Shown here: positions 9,334-19,079 of the stretch, in pieces | Numbering within the stretch: position 1 is the stretch's first letter | How the letters are laid out: each line of letters begins with the position of its first letter | Virus record (IMG/VR): IMGVR_UViG_3300033463_000007 | Coordinates: 95,865-159,864 of that record | Source: a virus | Taxonomy: Duplodnaviria > Heunggongvirae > Uroviricota > Caudoviricetes | DNA: 64,000 nucleotides | Direction: 5' to 3' (one strand) | The notes under the pieces: generated by a model | Database searches by the model: none | What the model was told of the DNA's origin: nothing | What the model saw: the letters and a program-made list of their open reading frames with translations, nothing else | Translations under genes and position numbers: made by a program

Positions 9334-9706
9334 ACCACATACTTTTGAAACAAATAGTTCAAGTACTCATAGTTTAGTAATGTGTTCAGATGATGAATAT
9401 AAGCTGTGGTTACAAGGAAAAACATATCTATGTATTTGGGAAGGTTATTTTGCGCAAGAAGCTAGAGACAAGTATAATATTCCAGAATTTAAAGAAAATC
9501 AATTTTATCCAGTTGATGAAATAGATAAACTATTTAATGAAACTCTTGCAGAAAATGAATTTGGATATGCATATGATAGATATGACTATTTTCAAACAGC
9601 AGATGAATACTTTGATTCAGAATATCTTGAAAGTTATGATGAAACATATGAAACAAAAAGTGGTGAAATAATTCATGCTTTTGGATTATATGGATATGAT
9701 GGATAA
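9320..9706 (+). CDS. short FETNSSS-motif family protein
   Basis: MIQIRPHTFETNSSSTHS; overlaps the end of the PurA-like gene. Confidence 0.8.
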   Translation: MIQIRPHTFETNSSSTHSLVMCSDDEYKLWLQGKTYLCIWEGYFAQEARDKYNIPEFKENQFYPVDEIDKLFNETLAENEFGYAYDRYDYFQTADEYFDSEYLESYDETYETKSGEIIHAFGLYGYDG

Positions 9707-9732
9707 TTATATGTAATATAATAATTACAACT

Positions 9733-9767
9733 GAAATGTCGCATAAAATATGTGACATTTCTTTTTT
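9733..9767 (+). terminator. Rho-independent terminator
   Basis: GAAATGTCGCATA / TATGTGACATTTC plus T tract. Confidence 0.75.
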
Positions 9768-9776
9768 ATAGTATCT

Positions 9777-9790
9777 GCTAAATTATATGA
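9777..9790 (+). promoter_or_regulatory. putative phage late promoter, copy 2
   Basis: GCTAAATTATATGA after a terminator. Confidence 0.6.
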
Positions 9791-9837
9791 TATATAATTA
9801 TACAAACTGAAAAATATTATATAGAGGAGATATTTTT

Positions 9838-9987
9838 ATGGGTGTAGATAAATTAAATGATAGATTAATAAATATTGAATCCGCATTAGGCGGGGATACT
9901 CCTGTTCCAGTTGATACAGCTGATAGATTAGATTGGCACTTAGTTGAAATTGAGCGTCTAATTGATTATAATGAAAATTGTAAATAA
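9838..9987 (+). CDS. 49-aa protein homologous to the N-terminus of ORF 12515
   Basis: AGAGGAG RBS; DRLINIESALGGDTP...DRLDWHL versus DHLKNIASALGGSGTP...DKLDWYL. Confidence 0.6.
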   Translation: MGVDKLNDRLINIESALGGDTPVPVDTADRLDWHLVEIERLIDYNENCK

Positions 9988-10044
9988 TATATATGAAGAT
10001 TAATTATATAATTAAATTACTGCTCTATAAAGGGAGTTAATTTT

Positions 10045-11130
10045 ATGAACTATACAGATAGATTAATAGAAAATTATGAATACCCGCCAGAGTTTGAAGT
10101 TGATGATGACGGATATTTTTGTACTTTAGTAAAATATGCTGGTACAAATGCTAATGTAGTTATTCCTAATGGTATTACTGAAATTGGAAGGGACGCCTTT
10201 AGAGGTAATGCTTTTATAGAAAATGTTACTATACCTAATACTGTTAAAAGTATAGAACCTTTAGCTTTCTGTGATTGTAAAAATTTAAAAACTGTAAATA
10301 TGTCTGATAAGCTTTTTTCTATTCATCATAGTGCATTTATGCGGTGTACCAGTTTATATAAAATAACTATTCCAGATAGTGTTAAAGAGGTTGGCTATCA
10401 TACTTTTGATGGTTGTACATCTTTAACCGATGTAGTTTTACCTAAAAAGTTCTACAATATAGTATATGCCATGTTTCAAGATTGCCACAGTTTAATAAAC
10501 ATAAATATTCCAGATAATCTTCATGCTATTGACTCGGCAGCATTTAGAAATTGTAAGAGTTTAACTACCCTAGATTTTTTTAATACCCAGATCGGAGACA
10601 TTGAAAATAATGCTTTTAGTGGTTGTTCGAAGTTATCTACTTTAATATTTCCTAATTGCTTATACAAAATTTATCTTAACTGTCTTGATGGGTGCATAAA
10701 TTTAAAACAAGTTGTATTACCTGCTAATGTAAAATTGCCTATAGAGTCTGATCAGCCAACCTCTTGTAAAATTATAGCTAATAGTTTACATGTATTACTT
10801 AAATTAAGTGGGTATGATTCTTTACATACTGCACGACATACTGTTTGTTTAAATCCCGACTTTTATATTAATTTTCCTTACTATAAAGATATTAAAGAAG
10901 CATCTACTGAATTTGATTTGTCTGAATTTGATTTGTCTATATTTAAGACGGATACCGATATTTTTATTGGTATTATTGTAGCACTAGTATTAAGAAAAAA
11001 TACTATCGCTAAAGAACTTGCTAAAGCTTTATCCTATTCACAAGATGAAATAAAAGCAGCATTAAAGACCGTTACGAATGACACAACAAGCATGCAAATT
11101 ATAGCAGATAAGTTAAATGCACTTAATTAA
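10045..11130 (+). CDS. BspA-type leucine-rich-repeat protein
   Basis: ORF track; IPNxVxxIxxxAFxxCxxL repeats; helical C-terminal domain shared with 4481-5557. Confidence 0.88.
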   Translation: MNYTDRLIENYEYPPEFEVDDDGYFCTLVKYAGTNANVVIPNGITEIGRDAFRGNAFIENVTIPNTVKSIEPLAFCDCKNLKTVNMSDKLFSIHHSAFMRCTSLYKITIPDSVKEVGYHTFDGCTSLTDVVLPKKFYNIVYAMFQDCHSLININIPDNLHAIDSAAFRNCKSLTTLDFFNTQIGDIENNAFSGCSKLSTLIFPNCLYKIYLNCLDGCINLKQVVLPANVKLPIESDQPTSCKIIANSLHVLLKLSGYDSLHTARHTVCLNPDFYINFPYYKDIKEASTEFDLSEFDLSIFKTDTDIFIGIIVALVLRKNTIAKELAKALSYSQDEIKAALKTVTNDTTSMQIIADKLNALN

Positions 11131-11153
11131 TAAATAATATAAATAATAATTTT

Positions 11154-11203
11154 AAAAAATAGAAGAACATATTAGTGTGTTCTTCTATTTTTTATTGTAT
11201 ATT
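11154..11203 (+). terminator. Rho-independent terminator plus sigmaA-like promoter
   Basis: AAAATAGAAGAACATA / TGTGTTCTTCTATTTT, then TTGTATATT at 11195. Confidence 0.85.
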
Positions 11204-11231
11204 AATATAGAATAATTTTTGGAGGCTGTTA

Positions 11232-12119
11232 ATGAAAGTTATCGGATCATATAAGAATGGTAATTATAAGGTAATTATATTTGAAGATGGTACAAAGGTA
11301 AGAGCAAATAATCTTAACTTTTTTAGACCAGACATGCCTGAATCAATGGATATTAAAATTACTAACATGTGTGATATGGGCTGTAAACAATGTCATGAGG
11401 ATTCTATACCTGATGGTAAGCATGGCGATATTATGAATCTTAAGTTTATAGAGACACTCCATCCTTATACAGAACTTGCTATTGGCGGTGGTAATCCTCT
11501 TGCTCATCCTGATCTCGTTTCTTTTTTGGATAAATGCAAGTCGCTTAGACTTATTCCCTCTATGACAATTAATCAGGTTCATTTTATGAGAGATTATGAG
11601 CTGGTTAAATTTCTTGTAGATAGCAAACTTATTTATGGCCTGGGTATTTCATTAACTAATGCCAGAGACGAGAAGTTTCTTGATTTAGTTAAGCAGTTTC
11701 CTAATGCTGTTATTCATGTAATTGCTGGATTGGCATCTATTAGAGACTTACAGTATCTCGCAGATCGTGGTCTTAAAATTCTTCTTCTTGGTTATAAGCA
11801 ATTTAGAAGAGGCGAGAGTCTATATAGTAAAGATTCAAAAATTATTGATCAGAAAATTCAGGATCTTAAGGATAATCTTGGACAGGTTACTTCTTGGTTT
11901 GATGTAGTAAGTTTTGATAATCTTGCAATTAAGCAGCTTGATCCAAAGCGTATTCTCACAGATGAGGAGTATGACGAATTCTTTATGGGCAATGATGGTT
12001 TTGCAACTATGTATGTAAATTGTGTAGAAGAGGAATTTGCAGTATCTTCAACGTCTACAGAAAGATATCCTATTAAAGATAATATAAAAGATATGTTTGA
12101 AGTAATACGAAAGAGGTAG
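11232..12119 (+). CDS. radical SAM protein (no SPASM domain)
   Basis: CDMGCKQC (CX3CX2C); AIGGGNPL. Confidence 0.9.
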   Translation: MKVIGSYKNGNYKVIIFEDGTKVRANNLNFFRPDMPESMDIKITNMCDMGCKQCHEDSIPDGKHGDIMNLKFIETLHPYTELAIGGGNPLAHPDLVSFLDKCKSLRLIPSMTINQVHFMRDYELVKFLVDSKLIYGLGISLTNARDEKFLDLVKQFPNAVIHVIAGLASIRDLQYLADRGLKILLLGYKQFRRGESLYSKDSKIIDQKIQDLKDNLGQVTSWFDVVSFDNLAIKQLDPKRILTDEEYDEFFMGNDGFATMYVNCVEEEFAVSSTSTERYPIKDNIKDMFEVIRKR

Positions 12120-12125
12120 TTATAT

Positions 12126-12425
12126 ATGACATATGAAATATTTGAATTAGAGAGAGATACTAAAGAAATATCTATTGAGCAGGCTATTTTAAATCTACAA
12201 CAACAGCAGTGAGAGTTTAATGATAATTATGTAGATTTTGCAGGTGTTAATGCTGCATATGATTATGCTATAGAATTATTAAATAAGCAGATTCCAAAGC
12301 CACGAAAAGTAATACCAGATCCTAATTATTTATGGCAATTTCAATGCCCTGTTTGTGATCAGATATTATCGCCTGCATTTTCATTTTGTCCACATTGTGG
12401 CCAAGCAGTAGAACAGTCAAAATAA
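12126..12425 (+). CDS. 99-aa zinc-ribbon protein (one TGA-Trp)
   Basis: ATG 12126; TGA at 12210-12212; downstream KQIPKP...CPVCD...FCPHCGQ; TAA 12423-12425. Confidence 0.75.
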
Positions 12426-12429
12426 ATCT

Positions 12430-12460
12430 AAATGGGTATCTATTTTAGATACCTATTTTT
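12430..12460 (+). terminator. Rho-independent terminator
   Basis: AATGGGTATCTA / TAGATACCTATT plus T tract. Confidence 0.7.
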
Positions 12461-12475
12461 ATATCTATCTGATAT

Positions 12476-12489
12476 GCTAAATTATACGA
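12476..12489 (+). promoter_or_regulatory. putative phage late promoter, copy 3
   Basis: GCTAAATTATACGA after a terminator, heading the 12.5-25 kb operon. Confidence 0.6.
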
Positions 12490-12514
12490 GATCTTATAAA
12501 GGAGTTTCAATATA

Positions 12515-13387
12515 ATGAGTAAAGATAGATTAGATGATCATTTAAAAAATATTGCATCTGCCCTTGGTGGCTCTGGTACACCTACAACTGAAGATAAATT
12601 AGATTGATATTTAAATAATATTACTTCTTTAATTGAAGGTGGCGGAGGCAGCGCTATTCAGTTAAAAACTATTAATGGTCAGGATTTACAGGGAGAAGGT
12701 AATATTGAAATTACTACCTATCAGGCTTTTCCGGCTGATTGAGCAAGCTATACTACTTCCACAACTAAGACAATAGATTTTTGTAAACATATAGATACAG
12801 ATGATACAGCAACAATCGGTATGGGATATTTTGGTGGTGCATCTTTTAAAGACAAGCCAGCAGGTCTCAGTAATTTTGATGTAGTTGTTGAAATTTTAGC
12901 CGGTCCAAAACAAAATGGTGTAGCTACAAAAGCAATACATTTAATTGGAACAAGCAGTAATATCTATCCTTATAGGTGAGAATATACTTTCTGGTCACAT
13001 ACACATGAAAGCGGCTGGCGTGGTGTACAACCAGAATTAACTACATCATCTATTACTGATGGAACACCAACTACAGTTATAGGTTTTGATTCTCAGGGTA
13101 GTCTTGTAAAAGCTAATACACCATCAGTTAAAATGTATAGTCATATGGTAATTATGACAAATAATATAATTAGACTTATTCTTCCATTTGCAGATTCAAT
13201 AGAAAATCATAAAGCAAGTATGGTACAAGGTATAGTTGGAACACGATTACATTTTGAAACTTATGAGCCAACATTAGGACTTGGTTGAATCTTTTGAAAT
13301 GTAGACGAATGGTCACTTTGAGATGTTACAGGAACAGAAATTGCTTATAGTGAAACATGCAATGATGTTATAACAGAATTAGAATAA
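12515..13387 (+). CDS. putative virion accessory protein (290 aa, code 4)
   Basis: AAGGAG RBS; continuous frame with several TGA-Trp; LKTINGQDLQGEGNIEI fibre-like motif. Confidence 0.75.
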
Positions 13388-13413
13388 CACAAATATAAGG
13401 AGTATTATTTCTT

Positions 13414-13980
13414 ATGCCTAATATACAAATAAATATTAATGAAAATAAAACAACAACACTAGCTACAGCTGGAAAGTATTGTGCAGATAATATTGATATA
13501 GTTACAGCAGTTCCTTCTGTTGGTGGGGTTTATTTAAGTGATGCTTCTGTAAGTGGCAGCACTTTAACATTAACAAAGCTTGATAAAACAGTTGATCCTG
13601 AGACATCTACCACAATAACATTTACTGCCTCTGATTCTATTTTATGATGTACTTCATCAACCACTTATGGAGATATAACAACAGCTTTAAGCAGCAGTAA
13701 AATTCCTGTTTATAAATCTGGCAATACTTTATATTTTTATACCGGTACCGGAACAAATAGTTATATTTTTAGTAGGACTTACGGAAATACTATTTCCCAA
13801 ATTGAAGTTACCTCTTCTGGCTGAGGCAGTGTTGTTTCATCTGTATTAGAGCTTAATTCTAATAAAGCATCTACAATAAATGCTTCTTCACAAACAGCTG
13901 CCACAGATTTTCCAACAGTATCAGCGGTAGCTACATATGTTCAGAATGAGATTTCTACTGCTTTATCGGCTTCTTATTAA
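13414..13980 (+). CDS. putative virion accessory protein (188 aa, code 4)
   Basis: Track ORF 13414-13647 reads through two TGA to TAA 13978-13980; S/T-rich; motif WCTSSTTYGDITTAL shared with fibre genes. Confidence 0.75.
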
Positions 13981-13996
13981 TAAAGGAGTATAGTTA

Positions 13997-15166
13997 ATGA
14001 CTATTCCTAAAATAACTAAAATCGAATTATTTATTACCAATAAAAATAAGCTTAGCAGTAAATATACTAATGAAGTAATTAATACTAAAAAGTATATGGC
14101 TTTAAAAACTGCATATAAGCTTATTGATTATGTATATAATAATGCCCAAGAAGATAGTATTAATTCTGTTATATATTTTGCAGGAGATGAAGATTTAGCC
14201 CATTTTGAAAAGACAACAAAATCTTGTATTACATATATTAGAAATAAGGATAAGGAAAATAATACGCAAACCAAAATTACATTACAATTAACTGGTAAAA
14301 ATTTAACCGAGGATATTCTTAAATTTATATTTGATAATCAAGTTTATTTAAAAGTTATTTTTAATGAAAATATTCAGCCTGAACAAGCTTTTCCATATGA
14401 ATCTGGTCTAAAATTAATAACTAAATATTTACCAGAAACTTTTATTGACGTTATAATTAATCCAGAAAATATTAATTATTTATATAATTCTATTTTATAT
14501 ATAAATGAGCTTGGTTTTTCAAAGATAGAAATTAAACAAGACTTATATAGTATCTGAACTGATGAGAATTTTGATATTTTAGAACAGCAGCTTGACTTAT
14601 TAAATACATATTATAAAGAGAAACTTGATGATTATACTGTACCAGATATTCTTTTAAATTACGGAATTGTTTTTAAACAAAGAATACTTTGTGATTATAG
14701 TGAAATACACAATCTTTGTAGGACTCTTCCATTATGTAATTTAACAAAAAAGACTGGTTGTGGCTTTAATGATTTTATCGTTGCTGATTGTCTTGGTAAT
14801 TTATATACAAATGATCAGATTCCTTTTGATGTTGCAGAAAATAATATATTTTATGTTGGTACAGTGGAAAGTATAGATAGTAACAAAATAGGTTATTTAT
14901 TTGAACAACTATCAGAAAAAACAGTAAGTTCCGACAAACTATCTTGTAAGAAATGTCTATTAAATAATATTTGTGATGGCAGTTCCATTGTTAGTAATTA
15001 TATTATTACAAATAATTTATTAACTGTTCCATTTAGCTACTGTAGATGGCAACAAATATTTTTTAAGAAAATAAATGAATTTATTGAATATTTTGACTCT
15101 GCTCAAGATAATATTTTGTTTAAAGACTTCTTCTATGGTACTGTAACAAGGAGGTCTCATGAGTAA
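13997..15166 (+). CDS. degenerate radical SAM/SPASM-like protein (389 aa, code 4)
   Basis: Track ORFs 13997 and 14864 are one frame joined at TGA 14555. CX3CX2C is replaced by NKLSSKYT and GGEP by AGDED; the C-terminal Cys cluster (GCG...CKKC...IC...C) is retained. Confidence 0.7.
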
Positions 15167-16349
15167 ACCTTTATCTAATTGATTATTACAAGATATAAAT
15201 ATTAATGATATAGCACAAGCAGAAGTGATCCAAGAGGATATAGAAACTACACTAGTTAATTCTGCTACTTTAGTGACTAATGATGAAATAATTGCAGCCT
15301 ATTCAAATATTTATGGTGCTTATGGTAACTTCTATAATAAGGGCTATAGTATTTATAGTAATTATAGTAATTATAGTAACTATAGTAACTATAGTAATAC
15401 TATAAACATTAATACAAATCCAGTTGATAAAACAATTAAGCTCGGAGATTCTGTTACCTTTATAGTATCAACTAGTAATACTCCAGATAGTATTCAATGA
15501 TATAAATCTGATATACCTACCGGTGGTGGTTATGCTATTTCAGGTGCAACTTCATTAGTATATACTTTCACTCCGACCTTAGAAGATTCTGGTAAATATT
15601 TTTATTGTAAGGTAACTAGAAGTTCAAATACAAAAACATCATCTTCTGCCTTATTAACTGTTAAAGTGGTAACAGTTTGCAATGCTGCAGCAAGAGTGGG
15701 GGAAACTACAAATATTATTTGAACTGAATCACCAAGTGGAGATACTTTAACTGGCTGTACTTCTTCAAATACTTCAGTAGCAACTGTTACATCAGCCGGA
15801 GTTATAACTGGCGTAAGTGCAGGATCAGCAACTATTACTATAACATTAAGTTCAGGCATAACTGCTACTACTACAGTTATTATAATCGGTGAATTAGTAC
15901 CAACAGATTTAAGGTCTACATTTATTTGTTTAGCAAGTGCTATCCGAGCTTGTCGTGATATAACAACAAAGATATATCCAAATCAACTCGTATCAGCTTT
16001 GGCAGCTGGTGTCCCAACTAGTCAAACTTATACTACTTTAGCTGGATTATTTACTGCTCTCGGAAATGCTATCCGACAAATAAATAAGATGTCTGGCTCT
16101 TATACTATTACACAAATGTATGATGCCATTAGAGAATTCGGTAATTTAGCTGCACCTAGAATTTCTATTTCTGGAGATAATCTCAGTATTCAAGATATAT
16201 CTAGAATAGCTGATAGCTTTGATGTTTATGTTGATGGTGTATATGCTGCAAATGTATTACCATATGACTACACACAAAGTGGTGAGGAACTTACAATAGC
16301 TAATGCTCCATATACACAAAGTGGAGAAGAACTAATAATAGGGGAATAA
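15159..16349 (+). CDS. Ig-like domain protein with an N-terminal (YSN)5 repeat (396 aa, code 4)
   Basis: AGGAGG RBS; joins track ORFs 15225 and 15999 through TGA. IQWYKS...DSGKYFYCKV is an Ig I-set-like motif; SSNTSVATVTSAGVITGVSAGSATITIT is Big_2-like. Confidence 0.8.
15354..15398 (+). repeat. five tandem 9-bp units TATAGTAAY encoding YSN x5
   Basis: tatagtaat tatagtaat tatagtaac tatagtaac tatagtaat. Confidence 0.95.
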
Positions 16350-16351
16350 TT

Positions 16352-17344
16352 ATGTCAGTTAATATAAAATTAGGAAGCCATACAGTAACTGGGGTTTCAA
16401 GTATTAAAGTTGAATCAGCCGATACTGCAGGAACATATGAAACATTTTCTTTAGGAACTAGACCAACTTTAAATGCTCCAAGTATTTATAGCAGTACTTA
16501 TGATGGTCCTTATATTACAGACTACAAAAGTAATAATGGAAATTTTGTTGAAAGCTATGATATTTATCGTATTTATTTGAACAGTCATACTAAGATTGGT
16601 ACCTTTATAAAAAGTCCTGGTGGTTATAACCCTATTACAGAAGATAACTGTAATTTTTCCCTAGGTCTAAATAATATATATGCAATAGCAAAGGCAACAA
16701 ACTTTAATGATAGTCCAGTACCCAGTAGTGAAACAACTGTTAATTGTTATTCTATTAGTACAACATTATCAAATTGTATAGAAACTACTGAAAAAAATAA
16801 ATTTGTTCCGCATTCTTTTGAATTAACATTACAGGCAAATAGCGGATATGAGCTACCCTCCTCTATTCAGATAAAAAATGGTGCTTATACATATACTCTT
16901 AATGATGGAGTACTTACAGCTTTAACTCAAAGTTATGGAACCACTAATGGGTTTAGTGCAACCTATACAAAACTAAATGGAAAAATTGATATCAGAAATG
17001 GTTCTGGCACAGATTCAATTGAAATAATTGCAACAGCAACTGAAATTGTAGGTCAGCTTGTTACAGTTAATTATACTGTTGATGGTTATATGTGGGGAGA
17101 TTTACAAATCAGAGAAACTAATTCAAGCGGAACTATAAAATATACAGGCCATGACAGTGAAACTGTGGCGTTCAGTACAGAAGCCACAACATTATATATT
17201 GAGGTTATCAATTATCAGGAATTTAGTGGAAGTATAACATATGCCGGAAATACCTATTCAATAGATTCATCCACAGATCATGTATCTATAGTACTTGATG
17301 GAACACATACTGAAATTAATGCCTCAGTTGATTATTGGGATTAG
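16352..17344 (+). CDS. putative virion accessory / beta-rich protein
   Basis: ORF track; S/T/G-rich; LQANSGYELPSSI (B-repeat-like). Confidence 0.75.
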   Translation: MSVNIKLGSHTVTGVSSIKVESADTAGTYETFSLGTRPTLNAPSIYSSTYDGPYITDYKSNNGNFVESYDIYRIYLNSHTKIGTFIKSPGGYNPITEDNCNFSLGLNNIYAIAKATNFNDSPVPSSETTVNCYSISTTLSNCIETTEKNKFVPHSFELTLQANSGYELPSSIQIKNGAYTYTLNDGVLTALTQSYGTTNGFSATYTKLNGKIDIRNGSGTDSIEIIATATEIVGQLVTVNYTVDGYMWGDLQIRETNSSGTIKYTGHDSETVAFSTEATTLYIEVINYQEFSGSITYAGNTYSIDSSTDHVSIVLDGTHTEINASVDYWD

Positions 17345-17391
17345 TAAAATAGAACTAATATTTTATTAAAATTTTTAAGAGATAAACAAAA

Positions 17392-18237
17392 ATGAGTCTT
17401 ACAACTTTAGTTGGAACAAAATGAAGAGTGGATTATTCTAATAATATAGAAATTCCTGGTGAATGATATAATATTAGTTTTTCATCTTCTTATTTTAATA
17501 AAAGTTATACCAAATTTGGTGGTAACGATAATGAAATAATATATTACTATCCAGATTATGATGCAGCTATTGATATTGGAGTAGCCGAAAATATAGGTGT
17601 CGATTTTATTACAATAACCGGTGGTACAGAAGCAACAGCTTCACAAGTAATTGATTGGTTTGAAACTAATGCAAGCCAGGTTTTATCTTATACTTTTGAT
17701 TTAAATACATTGTCTTTAGGTAGTGGGACTCATAGTGTTTACGCACAGGCTAAAGCAGTTGGCTATGCAGATAGTTTAGTAAGTAGCGGAATAAACTATA
17801 CTATACTACCACAATTAGACACTCCTACCAATCTTTCCGTCAGCGGAACGACCGCAACATTCGATGAGGTAGAACACGCCGAGAGTTATGAGTTCTTTGT
17901 AGATGGAGCGAGTATTGGAGAATATTCGGCGGCACCGCAACCGCCCTTTACAAATGTTAAGATACAAGGTAATGGAGATTTTGCAAATGGCTGTTCCGTA
18001 ACTGTTGATGGTGTTGACATTACAAGTCAGATTAAGGGCTACCCAGGAACGCCTAAAACAATGACGGTCAATACTTCCTTTGTTGTTGTTAGTAGTGCAG
18101 GATGGCATGACACAATCGAGGTTTATGATGCTGAAGGCGGTAACCTTGTATGGACTAACAATAACACCGAAGGGACTTATGATTTAATGCCTTATTTGAA
18201 CAATGGCTATTATATATATCTTGATTTGGATAGTTAA
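17392..18237 (+). CDS. modular paralogue 1 with GTxW...ITGGT...WxETNA domain (281 aa, code 4)
   Basis: ATG 17392; three TGA-Trp in the 5' part; in frame with track ORF 17710. Confidence 0.75.
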
Positions 18238-18252
18238 GAGGGGGTGAGGTAA

Positions 18253-19035
18253 ATGGCTATAAGTGATTTAACAGGAACAACTTGGGTGTTTAATGCTATA
18301 TCAACAGATTCATTCACCGCAGTTGGCAATCAGTGGGACATTAATTTTATTTCTAATTCTACAAATTATTCTATTCTGGAGCAAGTTTTTGATGACGACT
18401 CTGAATTGGGTAAAATATATTATAATACTACAAATGTTTTTAATGTTGCCTATGGGGACGAAGATGGTTTGTGGGAGGACGAAGCATATAAAACTATTGA
18501 GATTACTGGTGGCACTGATGTAACAAACTCAACCCTCATCTCTTGGCTTGAAACAAACGCCACGCAACAGTCCTCTCAAATCTCCGTTGACCTCTCTACC
18601 TTATCAGGCTGGAGCGATGTAACATCAGGCTCACATACTCTCACAATTAAAGCCAAAGCAACAGGTTACCGGGACAGTGAGGCGTCGACAGGGGTGAGCT
18701 TCGAGAAAAGCGGGACAACTTATACTGTTAACCTGCGAGCAGATAATGGTTATGGAGCAGTACCTGGTCATGCACCTGATGGTTATGTCAAATATCGAGT
18801 GAATGGCTCAACAGTTGGTATGATAACAACCTACGGCGTAAGTACAACCCTGACTAATGTTGAACAATTAGAAATAAATTGTAACTATAACGGTGGCTTC
18901 ATAAACGAACTACGAGCATCGGATGAAAGTTTTATAACAGATTTATCGTACGATGGAGATGCGTGGACTGATGTTTCGGCATATCTTTCAACAATAGCCG
19001 CAGAGTCCTATGTGGTGATTTATTGTGAGGACTAA
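18253..19035 (+). CDS. modular paralogue 2
   Basis: ORF track; MAISDLTGTTWVFN...IEITGGTDVTNSTLISWLETNA. Confidence 0.8.
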   Translation: MAISDLTGTTWVFNAISTDSFTAVGNQWDINFISNSTNYSILEQVFDDDSELGKIYYNTTNVFNVAYGDEDGLWEDEAYKTIEITGGTDVTNSTLISWLETNATQQSSQISVDLSTLSGWSDVTSGSHTLTIKAKATGYRDSEASTGVSFEKSGTTYTVNLRADNGYGAVPGHAPDGYVKYRVNGSTVGMITTYGVSTTLTNVEQLEINCNYNGGFINELRASDESFITDLSYDGDAWTDVSAYLSTIAAESYVVIYCED

Positions 19036-19079
19036 ACTATAAAAGCACAGATAGTCTATGATCAAAGAGGTAATAATAT

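Noticed and set aside
15345-15398. CRISPR array or non-coding VNTR
   Set aside because: These are spacer-less 9-bp in-frame coding repeats. No CRISPR repeat-spacer pattern was seen anywhere in the window.
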